This document shows, in pieces, positions 32,572 through 40,996 of a stretch of 64,000 bases of DNA. The stretch spans positions 3,968,001-4,032,000 of the forward strand of contig UYFQ01000001.1 of the NCBI GenBank assembly GCA_900617105.1. The letters run 5' to 3'. This stretch comes from Hydrurus foetidus (Eukaryota). The stretch's first letter is position 1. Each line of letters opens with the position of its first letter. Both the position numbers and the translations under genes were made by a program. Under the pieces are notes generated by a model. It saw only the letters and a program-made list of their open reading frames with translations, was not told where the DNA came from and did no database searches.

Positions 32572-32624
32572 ACTATAAAAATAGGAGCTGCTTACGCCCG
32601 TATTGATTGGGCTAGTGGCTTATC
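32572..32624 (+). repeat. Interspersed repeat R5 (left of RHS island)
   Basis: ACTATAAAAATAGGAGCTGCTTACGCCCGTATTGATTGGGCTAGTGGCTTATC. Confidence 0.9.
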
Positions 32625-32730
32625 TGATTGCTGTTTTCTATAGTTTTGAAGTCCCTGAGCCTGCGCTTCAATCTGGTGATGAAAATCCTGAAACCGGCCC
32701 CCCGAACCCATTCCCACCGTCTACATTTAA

Positions 32731-33684
32731 AGCAGCATTGGTGTTGGCTCTAACCCAGTTAGCCCCGGCCAGACGGTTCAATACCTGTACGAAGGCAGCC
32801 AAGCCCTGGGCGAGATCAAAGACGGCAAGTTAAGCCACCGCCTGCTGACGGGCCTCAACCTTGACGAGACCATTGCCCGCATCGCCATCAACAGCGCCGG
32901 ACAAAAAGACGCCGCCAACAGCCGCATCTACCTGACGGACGCCTTAAACAGCGTGGTCGCCAAACTCAGCGACGACAACGCCAACGCAGGTGCCCTGCAA
33001 AACAGCTACGGCTACAGTCCCTACGGCCAAAGCACCACGGTAGGCCCGGACACTACCAACAACCCGATCCAGTAAACGTCTAGAGAAAACGACCAGACAG
33101 GGCTGAATTTCTACCGAGCCCGGTACTACGACCCCATCCTCAAGCGCTTCATCAGCGAAGACCCGGCCGGGCTAAAGGCCGGATTAAACGGTTACCGCTA
33201 TGTAGACAACTCCCCCACTGAATATTCAGGCCCAGAAGGCGAGATACCGGTCATCCCGGTAGCCATTCAGTACGCCAGATGCGTAGCCATTCGCATGGCC
33301 CAAGCGGCGGCGGGTGCGGCCATGTTCGATGAGATAGAGTGCTTTGATGTCGGCGACAATGCAAAGGACTGTGCGCTTGATTGCTTGAATTCTTTTAATT
33401 GGAGTGGGAAGGCGGGGTCTAGGAATTCTGCAAGAGGCGCTGGTAAAAATAAGCCCAACGTACCTAAGACCGGAAAGAACGATACCCACATCGACCAAGC
33501 GGCGAAGGATCGAGCACTTGAAAAGTGGAAAGATTTGAAAGAACAGCTTGATGAGGCGAAGAGAACGCCAAACAAAACGCCAGCTGACAAAGATGCTGAG
33601 CAACGCCTAAAACGTCAAGTCGATCACGCAAAGAGGCAAGCCGATGCGGCTGGCGAGAATCACTCAATGAAGCCGAAAAAATAG
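32731..33684 (+). pseudogene. Truncated RHS-repeat core fused to an intact C-terminal toxin-like domain; premature TAA at 33073
   Basis: One frame reads ...YLTDALNSV...YGYSPYG...NPIQ*TSRENDQTGLNFYRARYYDPILKRFISEDP...YVDNSPTEYSGPEG, then the C-terminal domain (33241-33684); no start codon or N-terminal RHS part. Confidence 0.88.
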
Positions 33685-33693
33685 GGTTAAAAG

Positions 33694-33966
33694 ATGGCGC
33701 TGTATACATTTGTTCTGGAGTACGCGGGAGGTACTTACATCAAACAAGCTCGCGCTACAAGCATTATTGCTGCATCAAAAAAATTCCATGCTCAGCTCGA
33801 TACCGACGATGGAATACCACTTCATTTAGAAATTGTTAACAAGCTGCGCGATGAAGACGCAGCAGGTACAAAGCCAATTGCTTTAAACGGACTAACTGGT
33901 GTTTGGTGCACGAGTTTGACTTTGAGGCGCAAATATCTGCTTCTAAATATCGTTGCCTGCTGTTAA
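33694..33966 (+). CDS. Putative immunity protein (90 aa) of the RHS C-terminal toxin
   Basis: Small AT-rich ORF starting 9 nt after the toxin stop; family not recognised. Confidence 0.65.
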   Translation: MALYTFVLEYAGGTYIKQARATSIIAASKKFHAQLDTDDGIPLHLEIVNKLRDEDAAGTKPIALNGLTGVWCTSLTLRRKYLLLNIVACC

Positions 33967-34044
33967 TAATACTAGGCAGGTCGACCGAATCAAATTTGAG
34001 GAACGATCGTAATTAAGCTCTAATTTGCTCAAATTTCAGTATTC

Positions 34045-34097
34045 ATAATTGCTGCAGCTTAATAAACATGGGCGCGGGCAGATCCTAAATAAATAGC
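34045..34097 (-). repeat. Interspersed repeat R6
   Basis: Reverse complement GCTATTTATTTAGGATCTGCCCGCGCCCATGTTTATTAAGCTGCAGCAATTAT. Confidence 0.85.
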
Positions 34098-34122
34098 ATT
34101 TCTCGCCTGCACGGGTAGCGCC

Positions 34123-34289
34123 CAACAACCCGCTTGCGCACCCGCCCGGAGAAAACGACCAGACGGGCTTCAATTTCTAACGAGGCAGGTGTTACGACTC
34201 CGTCCTAAAGCGCTTCAGGAGTGCAAACGCGGCGGGGCAGACAGCCGCGTCAAACGGCTACCGCTACGTCAACAACGCCATTGCTGAAT
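34123..34289 (+). pseudogene. Second, more decayed RHS core remnant (copy of 33057-33223)
   Basis: Reads GENDQTGFNF*RGRCYDSVLKRF...NGYRYVNN and aligns at DNA level with the first RHS core. Confidence 0.85.
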
Positions 34290-34373
34290 CACGTCGCCCC
34301 GCGTCAGCGCGATGTGGGTTGTAGCGCGTATGATCTCTGGCAAAGCAGCAAGACGCCCGGTAAATGCAAGTCT

Positions 34374-34426
34374 TTTAGCGGCTTTTGCCAAACGATACGG
34401 GCGCAAGCAGCTCCTGAAATAATAGC
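34374..34426 (-). repeat. Interspersed repeat R7 (upstream of mmsA)
   Basis: Reverse complement GCTATTATTTCAGGAGCTGCTTGCGCCCGTATCGTTTGGCAAAAGCCGCTAAA. Confidence 0.88.
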
Positions 34427-34461
34427 ATTCTGAACATCATTCACCCCACCTGGAGATTCTC

Positions 34462-36021
34462 ATGAACACCGCTACCGCGACCCCGCCCAAAACCAGTACC
34501 GCCACAGCAACTGCGGCTAAGCCCATTCCTACCGTCAAGCTGCTGATCAACGGCAAGTTCATTGAGTCCAAAACCACCGAGTGGCGCGACATCATCAACC
34601 CGGCCACGCAGCAGGTGCTGGCCCGCGTGCCGATGGCTACCGCAGCTGAAGTCGATGCGGCAGTGGCTGCTGGCAAAGAAGCTTTCAAAACCTGGCGCCA
34701 TGCGCCGATTGGCGTGCGTGCCCGCATCTTTTTAAAGTACCAGCAACTCATTCGTGAAAACATGAAAGAAGTCGCTGCAATTTTGACGGCCGAGCAGGGC
34801 AAAACACTGCCCGATGCAGAAGGCGATATTTTTCGCGGCCTGGAAGTCGTTGAGCAAGCTGCCAACATCGGCAGCCTGCAAATGGGCGAGCTGGCCAACA
34901 ATGTGGCCACCGGCGTTGACACTTACACCGTGCAGCAGCCGCTGGGCGTTTGCGCGGGCATCACGCCGTTTAACTTTCCGGCCATGATTCCGCTGTGGAT
35001 GTTCCCGATGGCGATTGCCTGCGGCAATACCTTTGTGCTGAAGCCGTCTGAGCAAGACCCAATGAGCACCATGCGCCTGGTTGAGTTGGCGATTGAAGCA
35101 GGCATCCCACCCGGCGTGCTGAACGTGGTGCACGGCGGTGAAGAAGTCGTCAACGCCATCTGCGACCATGCAGACATCAAGGCCGTGTCGTTTGTAGGTT
35201 CTACCAGAGTCGGCACACACGTGTACCACCGTTCGTCTGCCTCAGGCAAGCGAGTGCAGTGCATGATGGGTGCGAAAAATCACGCCATTATTTTGCCGGA
35301 CGCCAACAAAGAACAAACGCTCAACGCACTGGTGGGCGCAGGCTTTGGCGCGGCTGGTCAGCGCTGCATGGCAGTGTCGGTGGCCGTGATGGTCGGCGCC
35401 GCCAACGACTGGATTCCCGAGCTGGCCGAGCGCGCCAAAACACTGAAGATGGGCGACGGCTCGCAAGCCGGCGTTGACATTGGCCCGGTGATTTCGTGCC
35501 ACGCCAAAGACCGCGTTGAAGGCTTGATTGCCAAAGGCATTGCCGAAGGCGCAACCTTGGTGCTTGACGGCCGCAAGCCCGCGCTGCCTGCTGGTTTAGA
35601 CAAAGGTAACTTCGTCGGCCCGACGATTTTTTCAGGCGTCAAGCCCGGCATGCATGTGTATGACCAGGAAATTTTTGGCCCGGTGCTGTGCATTGCGAGC
35701 GCGGCGAGCCTTGACGAAGCGATTGCCATGATCAATGCCAACCCAAACGGCAATGGCACGGCGCTGTTCACGCAATCAGGCGCCGCTGCACGCAAATTTC
35801 AGGAAGAAATTGATGTGGGCCAGGTCGGCATCAACGTGCCAATTCCGGTGCCAGTGCCGCTGTTTTCATTCACCGGCTCACGTGCCTCCAAGCTCGGCGA
35901 CTTGGGCCCGTACGGCAAGCAGGTGATTTTGTTTTACACACAAACCAAAACGATTACTGAGCGCTGGTTTGACGACTCGAGCGTTGCGGGGCCGGTGAAC
36001 ACGACTATCAGTTTGAAGTAA
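34462..36021 (+). CDS. mmsA: CoA-acylating methylmalonate-semialdehyde dehydrogenase
   Basis: [42 protein letters not shown]. Confidence 0.95.
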   Translation: MNTATATPPKTSTATATAAKPIPTVKLLINGKFIESKTTEWRDIINPATQQVLARVPMATAAEVDAAVAAGKEAFKTWRHAPIGVRARIFLKYQQLIRENMKEVAAILTAEQGKTLPDAEGDIFRGLEVVEQAANIGSLQMGELANNVATGVDTYTVQQPLGVCAGITPFNFPAMIPLWMFPMAIACGNTFVLKPSEQDPMSTMRLVELAIEAGIPPGVLNVVHGGEEVVNAICDHADIKAVSFVGSTRVGTHVYHRSSASGKRVQCMMGAKNHAIILPDANKEQTLNALVGAGFGAAGQRCMAVSVAVMVGAANDWIPELAERAKTLKMGDGSQAGVDIGPVISCHAKDRVEGLIAKGIAEGATLVLDGRKPALPAGLDKGNFVGPTIFSGVKPGMHVYDQEIFGPVLCIASAASLDEAIAMINANPNGNGTALFTQSGAAARKFQEEIDVGQVGINVPIPVPVPLFSFTGSRASKLGDLGPYGKQVILFYTQTKTITERWFDDSSVAGPVNTTISLK

Positions 36022-36035
36022 TCGGCGGAGTCAAA

Positions 36036-37193
36036 ATGAACTTTGACTTGACTGAAGACCAGCTGGCCTTTCAGCAAGCCGCGCGCGATTTTGCGGCGGG
36101 CGAGCTGGCACCGCACGCTGCCAAGTGGGACGCTGAAAGTATCTTTCCGGTAGACACCATTGCTGCGGCAGGGCAGCTCGGGTTTTGCGGCCTGTACGCA
36201 GCTGAAGCGCACGGCGGCCTGGGTTTGCCCCGACTTGATGCAACGCTGGTGTTTGAAGAGCTTGCTGCTGCTTGCCCATCGACTACCGCGTACATCACCA
36301 TCCACAACATGGCGACGTGGATGATCACGAATTGGGCGCGGCCTGAAGTTGCCGCCGAGTGGGGGCCACAGCTTACGGCGGGTAGCAAACTGGCGTCTTA
36401 TTGCCTGACTGAAGCAGGCGCGGGCTCTGATGCTGCGTCGCTGCGCACCACGGCCACCTTGGTTGATGGGCACTACGAAATTACGGGCAGCAAAGCCTTC
36501 ATTTCAGGTGCAGGCGCAACCGACGCGCTGGTGGTGATGACGCGCACCGGCGGGCCGGGCGCGGCGGGTATTTCGGCTTTGCTGGTGCCTGCCAACACGC
36601 CCGGCATCACCTATGGCCGCAATGAAGAAAAAATGGGTTGGCACAGCCAGCCGACCCGCACCATCACGTTCGACAAAGTGCGCGTGCCCGCTAACCATTT
36701 GCTGGGCGAAGAGGGTGAGGGCTTTCGTATTGCCATGAAGGGCCTGGACGGCGGACGCATCAACATTGCGACGTGTTCGGTGGGCGCCGCGCAAGGCGCG
36801 TTGGACGCAGCCCGGGCGTACATGCACGAGCGCAGCCAGTTTGGCAAGCCACTGGCCGGGTTTCAGGCGCTGCAATTCAAAATTGCAGACATGGCGACCG
36901 AGCTGGTTGCGGCCCGGCAAATGGTGCGGCTGGCAGCAAGCAAGCTCGATGCCGGCTCAAGCGAGGCCAGCGTGTACTGCGCCATGGCCAAGCAGCTGGC
37001 TACTGACGCAGGCTTCAAAATTTGCAATGAGGCGCTGCAAATTCATGGCGGCTACGGATATATTCGCGACTACCCGCTCGAGCGGTTGGTGCGCGACACG
37101 CGGGTGCACCAAATTCTGGAAGGCACGAACGAGATCATGCGCGTGATTGTGTCGCGCCACATGCTGGATTCTTCCGCCGCTGACATCAGATAA
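36036..37193 (+). CDS. Acyl-CoA dehydrogenase (isobutyryl-CoA type)
   Basis: YCLTEAGAGSD, GGRINIA, ILEGTNE; mms gene context. Confidence 0.9.
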   Translation: MNFDLTEDQLAFQQAARDFAAGELAPHAAKWDAESIFPVDTIAAAGQLGFCGLYAAEAHGGLGLPRLDATLVFEELAAACPSTTAYITIHNMATWMITNWARPEVAAEWGPQLTAGSKLASYCLTEAGAGSDAASLRTTATLVDGHYEITGSKAFISGAGATDALVVMTRTGGPGAAGISALLVPANTPGITYGRNEEKMGWHSQPTRTITFDKVRVPANHLLGEEGEGFRIAMKGLDGGRINIATCSVGAAQGALDAARAYMHERSQFGKPLAGFQALQFKIADMATELVAARQMVRLAASKLDAGSSEASVYCAMAKQLATDAGFKICNEALQIHGGYGYIRDYPLERLVRDTRVHQILEGTNEIMRVIVSRHMLDSSAADIR

Positions 37194-37212
37194 AAACACT
37201 CGGAGACTTGTC

Positions 37213-38103
37213 ATGAACATCGCATTTATTGGCTTGGGTAACATGGGCGCGCCCATGGCGCTTAATTTGCACAAGGCGGGTCACACCGTGGTGGGTTTTG
37301 ATTTGACGCCAGCAGCCTGCAAACCGCTGGGCGATGCAGGTGCACGCATTGCCACATCGGCAATTGACGCCGTGCGCGGCGCTGAAGTCGTGATCAGCAT
37401 GCTGCCAGCCAGCCAGCATGTCGATGCTCTGTATTGCGGAGATGCCGGGCTGCTGGCCGCGCTGCCTGCAGGCACGCTGGTGATTGACTGCAGCACCATT
37501 GCTGCCGCTACCTCTCGTAAAGTGACACAAGAAGCCGCCAAAAAAAGCATTGCCTGCATTGACGCGCCCGTATCTGGCGGCACCGGCGGCGCCATTGCAG
37601 GCACGCTGACCTTCATGGTCGGCGGCGAAGCGGCAGACCTGGAGCGCGCGCGCCCGTTGCTTGAAAAAATGGGTCAAAACATCTTTCACGCAGGCGCCGC
37701 AGGCGCTGGCCAAGCCGCCAAAATCTGCAACAACATGCTGCTGGGTATTTTGATGATTGGCACGTCTGAGGCGCTGGCACTCGGCGTGGCCAACGGGCTT
37801 GACCCAACGGTGCTGTCAGAAATAATGCGCCGCAGCTCAGGCGGCAATTGGGCGCTTGAAAAATACAACCCGATGCCGGGCGTGATGGCAACTGCACCTG
37901 CGTCTAAAAACTATGCTGGTGGTTTTGGCGCGGACTTGATGCTGAAAGATTTAGGGCTGGCACAAGAAAACGCGGCTGCCGTTCGCGCTGCAACGCCGCT
38001 CGGCGGGCTGGCCCGCAGTTTGTATGCTGCGCACAGCCTGGGTGGCAACGGCGCACTTGATTTCTCGAGTGTGATCCGCTTGCTGCAAAAAAGCGGCAGC
38101 TAA
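37213..38103 (+). CDS. mmsB: 3-hydroxyisobutyrate dehydrogenase
   Basis: FIGLGNMG, DAPVSGG, AKICNN, KDLGLA. Confidence 0.95.
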   Translation: MNIAFIGLGNMGAPMALNLHKAGHTVVGFDLTPAACKPLGDAGARIATSAIDAVRGAEVVISMLPASQHVDALYCGDAGLLAALPAGTLVIDCSTIAAATSRKVTQEAAKKSIACIDAPVSGGTGGAIAGTLTFMVGGEAADLERARPLLEKMGQNIFHAGAAGAGQAAKICNNMLLGILMIGTSEALALGVANGLDPTVLSEIMRRSSGGNWALEKYNPMPGVMATAPASKNYAGGFGADLMLKDLGLAQENAAAVRAATPLGGLARSLYAAHSLGGNGALDFSSVIRLLQKSGS

Positions 38104-38128
38104 ACAAGCAGCAGGCTAACCTTTGTTA

Positions 38129-38181
38129 GCTACTAAATAAATAGCTGCTCGCGCCCGTATTTATTGGGCTGCAGCCTTATT
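38129..38181 (+). repeat. Interspersed repeat R8 (near-consensus, between convergent genes)
   Basis: GCTACTAAATAAATAGCTGCTCGCGCCCGTATTTATTGGGCTGCAGCCTTATT. Confidence 0.92.
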
Positions 38182-38193
38182 TGGCAATAAAAT

Positions 38194-38967
38194 TCAGTAG
38201 CGGTAGCCATAACCGTGGTTAAACCCGCGGCTGTAGCCAAAATTCAGCGACACGTTGGGCACCACGCGCTGTTGGTATAGGGGTGCGTAGTACGGCTGGC
38301 CGTAGTAGCTTGAGGATGACTGCACCACGACTGGCGCTAAAAATATCGGTTGCTGCTGTTGCACGTAAATGGGTTGCACCGTGATCGGCTGATACGCTTG
38401 TGACTGTACCAATTGAGCTGGCGGCTGAACCTGCGACTGACCATTAGCTTGCGGCTGAACTTGCTGAACAGACTGGTTTTGCTGCGGTTGCGCTGCACCT
38501 ACTGGCGTGACCTGCAACTTGACGAATGGACCCGGGTCTTGGGGCATTTGCACCGAATATTGCGTGCCTTGGTATTCGTAGACCACGTTGTAGTGGCTGG
38601 CGCGATTTTCGTAAAAAGTTTGTGTGGTGCATTGCTGCACGTTTTGCGTCTGCTGGTTGCCGCCTTCGATTTGGTTGCCCAATACTCCGCCGCCAACAAT
38701 TCCAATAAACGTGGCAAGAGCGCGGCCGCCTCCGTTGCCAACTGCGTTGCCTAGCGCGCCGCCTGCCAGTGCACCCATGGCAAAACCGGCGCCAGACTTG
38801 GGCGCTTCGGTAGTGATGGTTTGACCGCTGCATACCTGGCGCGGCACAGCTACTTGCTGCACGACAGGCGTGCTGGAAATGACGCGGCCCATGATGTCGG
38901 CCGCCGACGCGTTCGCGCTGAAAAAGGCGACGGTAACAGCGGAAATAAGAGTCAGGTTCGTTTTCAT
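38194..38967 (-). CDS. Exported glycine zipper 2TM protein (YcfJ-like) with Q/P/Y-rich tail
   Basis: Signal peptide, GRVISSTPV, Gly-zipper, YNVVYEYQG. Confidence 0.8.
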   Translation of the reverse strand: MKTNLTLISAVTVAFFSANASAADIMGRVISSTPVVQQVAVPRQVCSGQTITTEAPKSGAGFAMGALAGGALGNAVGNGGGRALATFIGIVGGGVLGNQIEGGNQQTQNVQQCTTQTFYENRASHYNVVYEYQGTQYSVQMPQDPGPFVKLQVTPVGAAQPQQNQSVQQVQPQANGQSQVQPPAQLVQSQAYQPITVQPIYVQQQQPIFLAPVVVQSSSSYYGQPYYAPLYQQRVVPNVSLNFGYSRGFNHGYGYRY

Positions 38968-39045
38968 ACTGAACTACCAATGAAAAGTTGATCGAATAAC
39001 CAGCACTATGACCGATTTGACGGGTTTTGGTTCAAAAGCGCCTTT

Positions 39046-39080
39046 TTTACTTGGTTTTACTCGAATTTACTTGGTTTTAT
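39046..39080 (-). repeat. Four phased pentamers (A/G)TAAA at 10-bp period
   Basis: Minus strand reads ATAAA ACCAA GTAAA TTCGA GTAAA ACCAA GTAAA. Confidence 0.75.
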
Positions 39081-39442
39081 TTGGGCAGAGCGTGTAAAGA
39101 TTCCGCCCACACTGTGGCGTTAAAGCCAACCGTTACACCTCCGTTTGGCCACTCCACCACAGGCCGCTTGATAACGCTGGGTTGCGCCAAAGCCAACGCC
39201 AGCGCGCCAGCCGGGCTGCTTGCCTCAGCCTGGCCGTCCGAGCTCAGTTTCCGCCACGTCGTGCCTTGACGGTTAATCAGCTTGTCCCAGCCGACAGCGC
39301 TGGCCCAGCCTGGCAAGCGGTCGGCAGGCGCGCCAGTTTTTTTAAAATCTACAAAGTGGTGGTCAATGCCCTGTGTGGCTAGCCAGGCTCTGGCCTTTTT
39401 CACGCTGTCGCAATTGGGTATGCCGTAAAGACTAATGGCCAA
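39077..39442 (-). CDS. ArsC/Spx (YffB-like) family protein
   Basis: YGIPNCDSVKKA, TTWRKL, IKRPV. Confidence 0.9.
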   Translation of the reverse strand: MAISLYGIPNCDSVKKARAWLATQGIDHHFVDFKKTGAPADRLPGWASAVGWDKLINRQGTTWRKLSSDGQAEASSPAGALALALAQPSVIKRPVVEWPNGGVTVGFNATVWAESLHALPK

Positions 39443-39499
39443 AGAAAACTCCTAAAATCAGGCTTGAACAGGCCTTCAATAGGCCCTAAAAAGGCACAA

Positions 39500-39552
39500 C
39501 ATTGCTCACAATCCCAATAAATTCGGGCGCAAGCAGCTACTAAATATATAGC
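39500..39552 (-). repeat. Interspersed repeat R9 (between divergent arsC-like gene and folC)
   Basis: Reverse complement GCTATATATTTAGTAGCTGCTTGCGCCCGAATTTATTGGGATTGTGAGCAATG. Confidence 0.9.
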
Positions 39553-39602
39553 AAAATGGAACTGCACAGCCTACGACTGCAGCAGCGACAATCACCTTCA
39601 CC

Positions 39603-40913
39603 ATGAATTATTTACAGACTTTAGCCGACTGGCTAGCGCATTGCGAGCGGCTGCACCCCGTTGCCATTGACATGACGCTGGAGCGCGTAAAAATCGTCGC
39701 CGATCGCATGGGGCTGCGCTTTGCCTGCCCCATCATTACCGTGGCTGGCACCAACGGCAAGGGCTCCACCTGCGCCATGCTGGAAGCTATTTTGCTGGAA
39801 GCCGGTTACCGCACGGGCGTTTACACGTCCCCCCATTTGGTGGACTTTGAAGAGCGCTGCCGGGTGCGGGGAGACATCGCCAGCGCTACTGATTTAGTAG
39901 TAGCTTTCGCCCATGTTGAGGCGGCCAGGACGCAAAACGGCCCGGAAATAACACTCACTTACTTTGAGTTCACCACGCTGGCCATCATGCAACTGCTGGT
40001 TGATGCCAAGCTGGACGTGGTGATTCTTGAAGTGGGCTTGGGCGGGCGGCTGGATGCCGTCAATATCTTTGATACCGACTGCGCCATCATCACCAGCGTT
40101 GACCTCGACCACATGGCGTTTCTGGGCAACACCCGTGAAGCCATTGGGTTTGAGAAAGCCGGCATCATGCGGCCCGGCAAGCCGGTGGTGGTGAGCGACC
40201 CGCAGCCACCCCAAAGCGTGCTCGACCACGCTGCCACGGTGGGTGCTGACTTATGGAAATTTGGTACCGACTTCAATTTTTCAGGCGACAAACAGCAGTG
40301 GGGCTGGGCTGGTCGCGGGCGAAGATATGCGGGCCTGGCCTACCCGGCGCTGCGCGGCGCCAATCAGTTGATGAATGCTGCCGGGGTGTTGGCGGCACTG
40401 ACTGCGCTGCGCGATGTGCTGCCGATTACCGCGCAAGCCGTGCGGGTGGGTCTGTCGATGGTGGAGTTGCCCGGTCGTTTTCAGATCATTGCTGGCCAAC
40501 CCACGCTGGTGCTGGACGTGGCGCACAACCCGCATTCGGTCGCTGCCTTGGTTGAAAACCTCGACGCCATGGGCTTTTACCCCTGCACCCACGCCGTGTT
40601 TGGTGCCATGGCCGACAAAGACGTGACCCCGATGCTGGCCAGAATGGGCCCGTTGATTGACAAGTGGTACTTCACTGATTTGCCAACCGAGCGCGCCGCA
40701 ACCGCCGACGCGTTGCTAGGCAAATGGCGCGCTAACAACACACGAAAAGACGCCCTTGCCAGCGCTTACATATCGCCTGAAACCGCACTCGCTTCAGCAG
40801 TCGCTGCGGCTGACCCCGCTGATAGAATTGTGGTGTTCGGATCGTTCTATACCGTCGGTGGAATTTTGAAAAACGGTCTGCCGCGCCTTGGTGCCAAACA
40901 CTTAGCTGCCTAA
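39603..40913 (+). CDS. folC: Dihydrofolate synthase/folylpolyglutamate synthase
   Basis: GTNGKGS, TSPHL, EVGLGGRLD, LDVAHNP, FGSF. Confidence 0.96.
   Translation: MNYLQTLADWLAHCERLHPVAIDMTLERVKIVADRMGLRFACPIITVAGTNGKGSTCAMLEAILLEAGYRTGVYTSPHLVDFEERCRVRGDIASATDLVVAFAHVEAARTQNGPEITLTYFEFTTLAIMQLLVDAKLDVVILEVGLGGRLDAVNIFDTDCAIITSVDLDHMAFLGNTREAIGFEKAGIMRPGKPVVVSDPQPPQSVLDHAATVGADLWKFGTDFNFSGDKQQWGWAGRGRRYAGLAYPALRGANQLMNAAGVLAALTALRDVLPITAQAVRVGLSMVELPGRFQIIAGQPTLVLDVAHNPHSVAALVENLDAMGFYPCTHAVFGAMADKDVTPMLARMGPLIDKWYFTDLPTERAATADALLGKWRANNTRKDALASAYISPETALASAVAAADPADRIVVFGSFYTVGGILKNGLPRLGAKHLAA
39885..39937 (+). repeat. Degenerate repeat copy R10, in frame within folC (sense)
   Basis: GCTACTGATTTAGTAGTAGCTTTCGCCCATGTTGAGGCGGCCAGGACGCAAAA, read as ATDLVVAFAHVEAARTQN in the same register as R1 and R13. 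Confidence 0.55.
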
Positions 40914-40996
40914 GGCAGAAAACCGTAGTTAAACCTCCCTCAGTAATCGCCCGCACCCAGGCCTCATTTTGAGCACTACAAGTCACACCACGCACC

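Noticed and set aside
33226..33709. Minus-strand ORFs over the RHS toxin region
   Set aside because: They are antisense shadows of the plus-strand RHS-CT frame and show no recognisable motifs.
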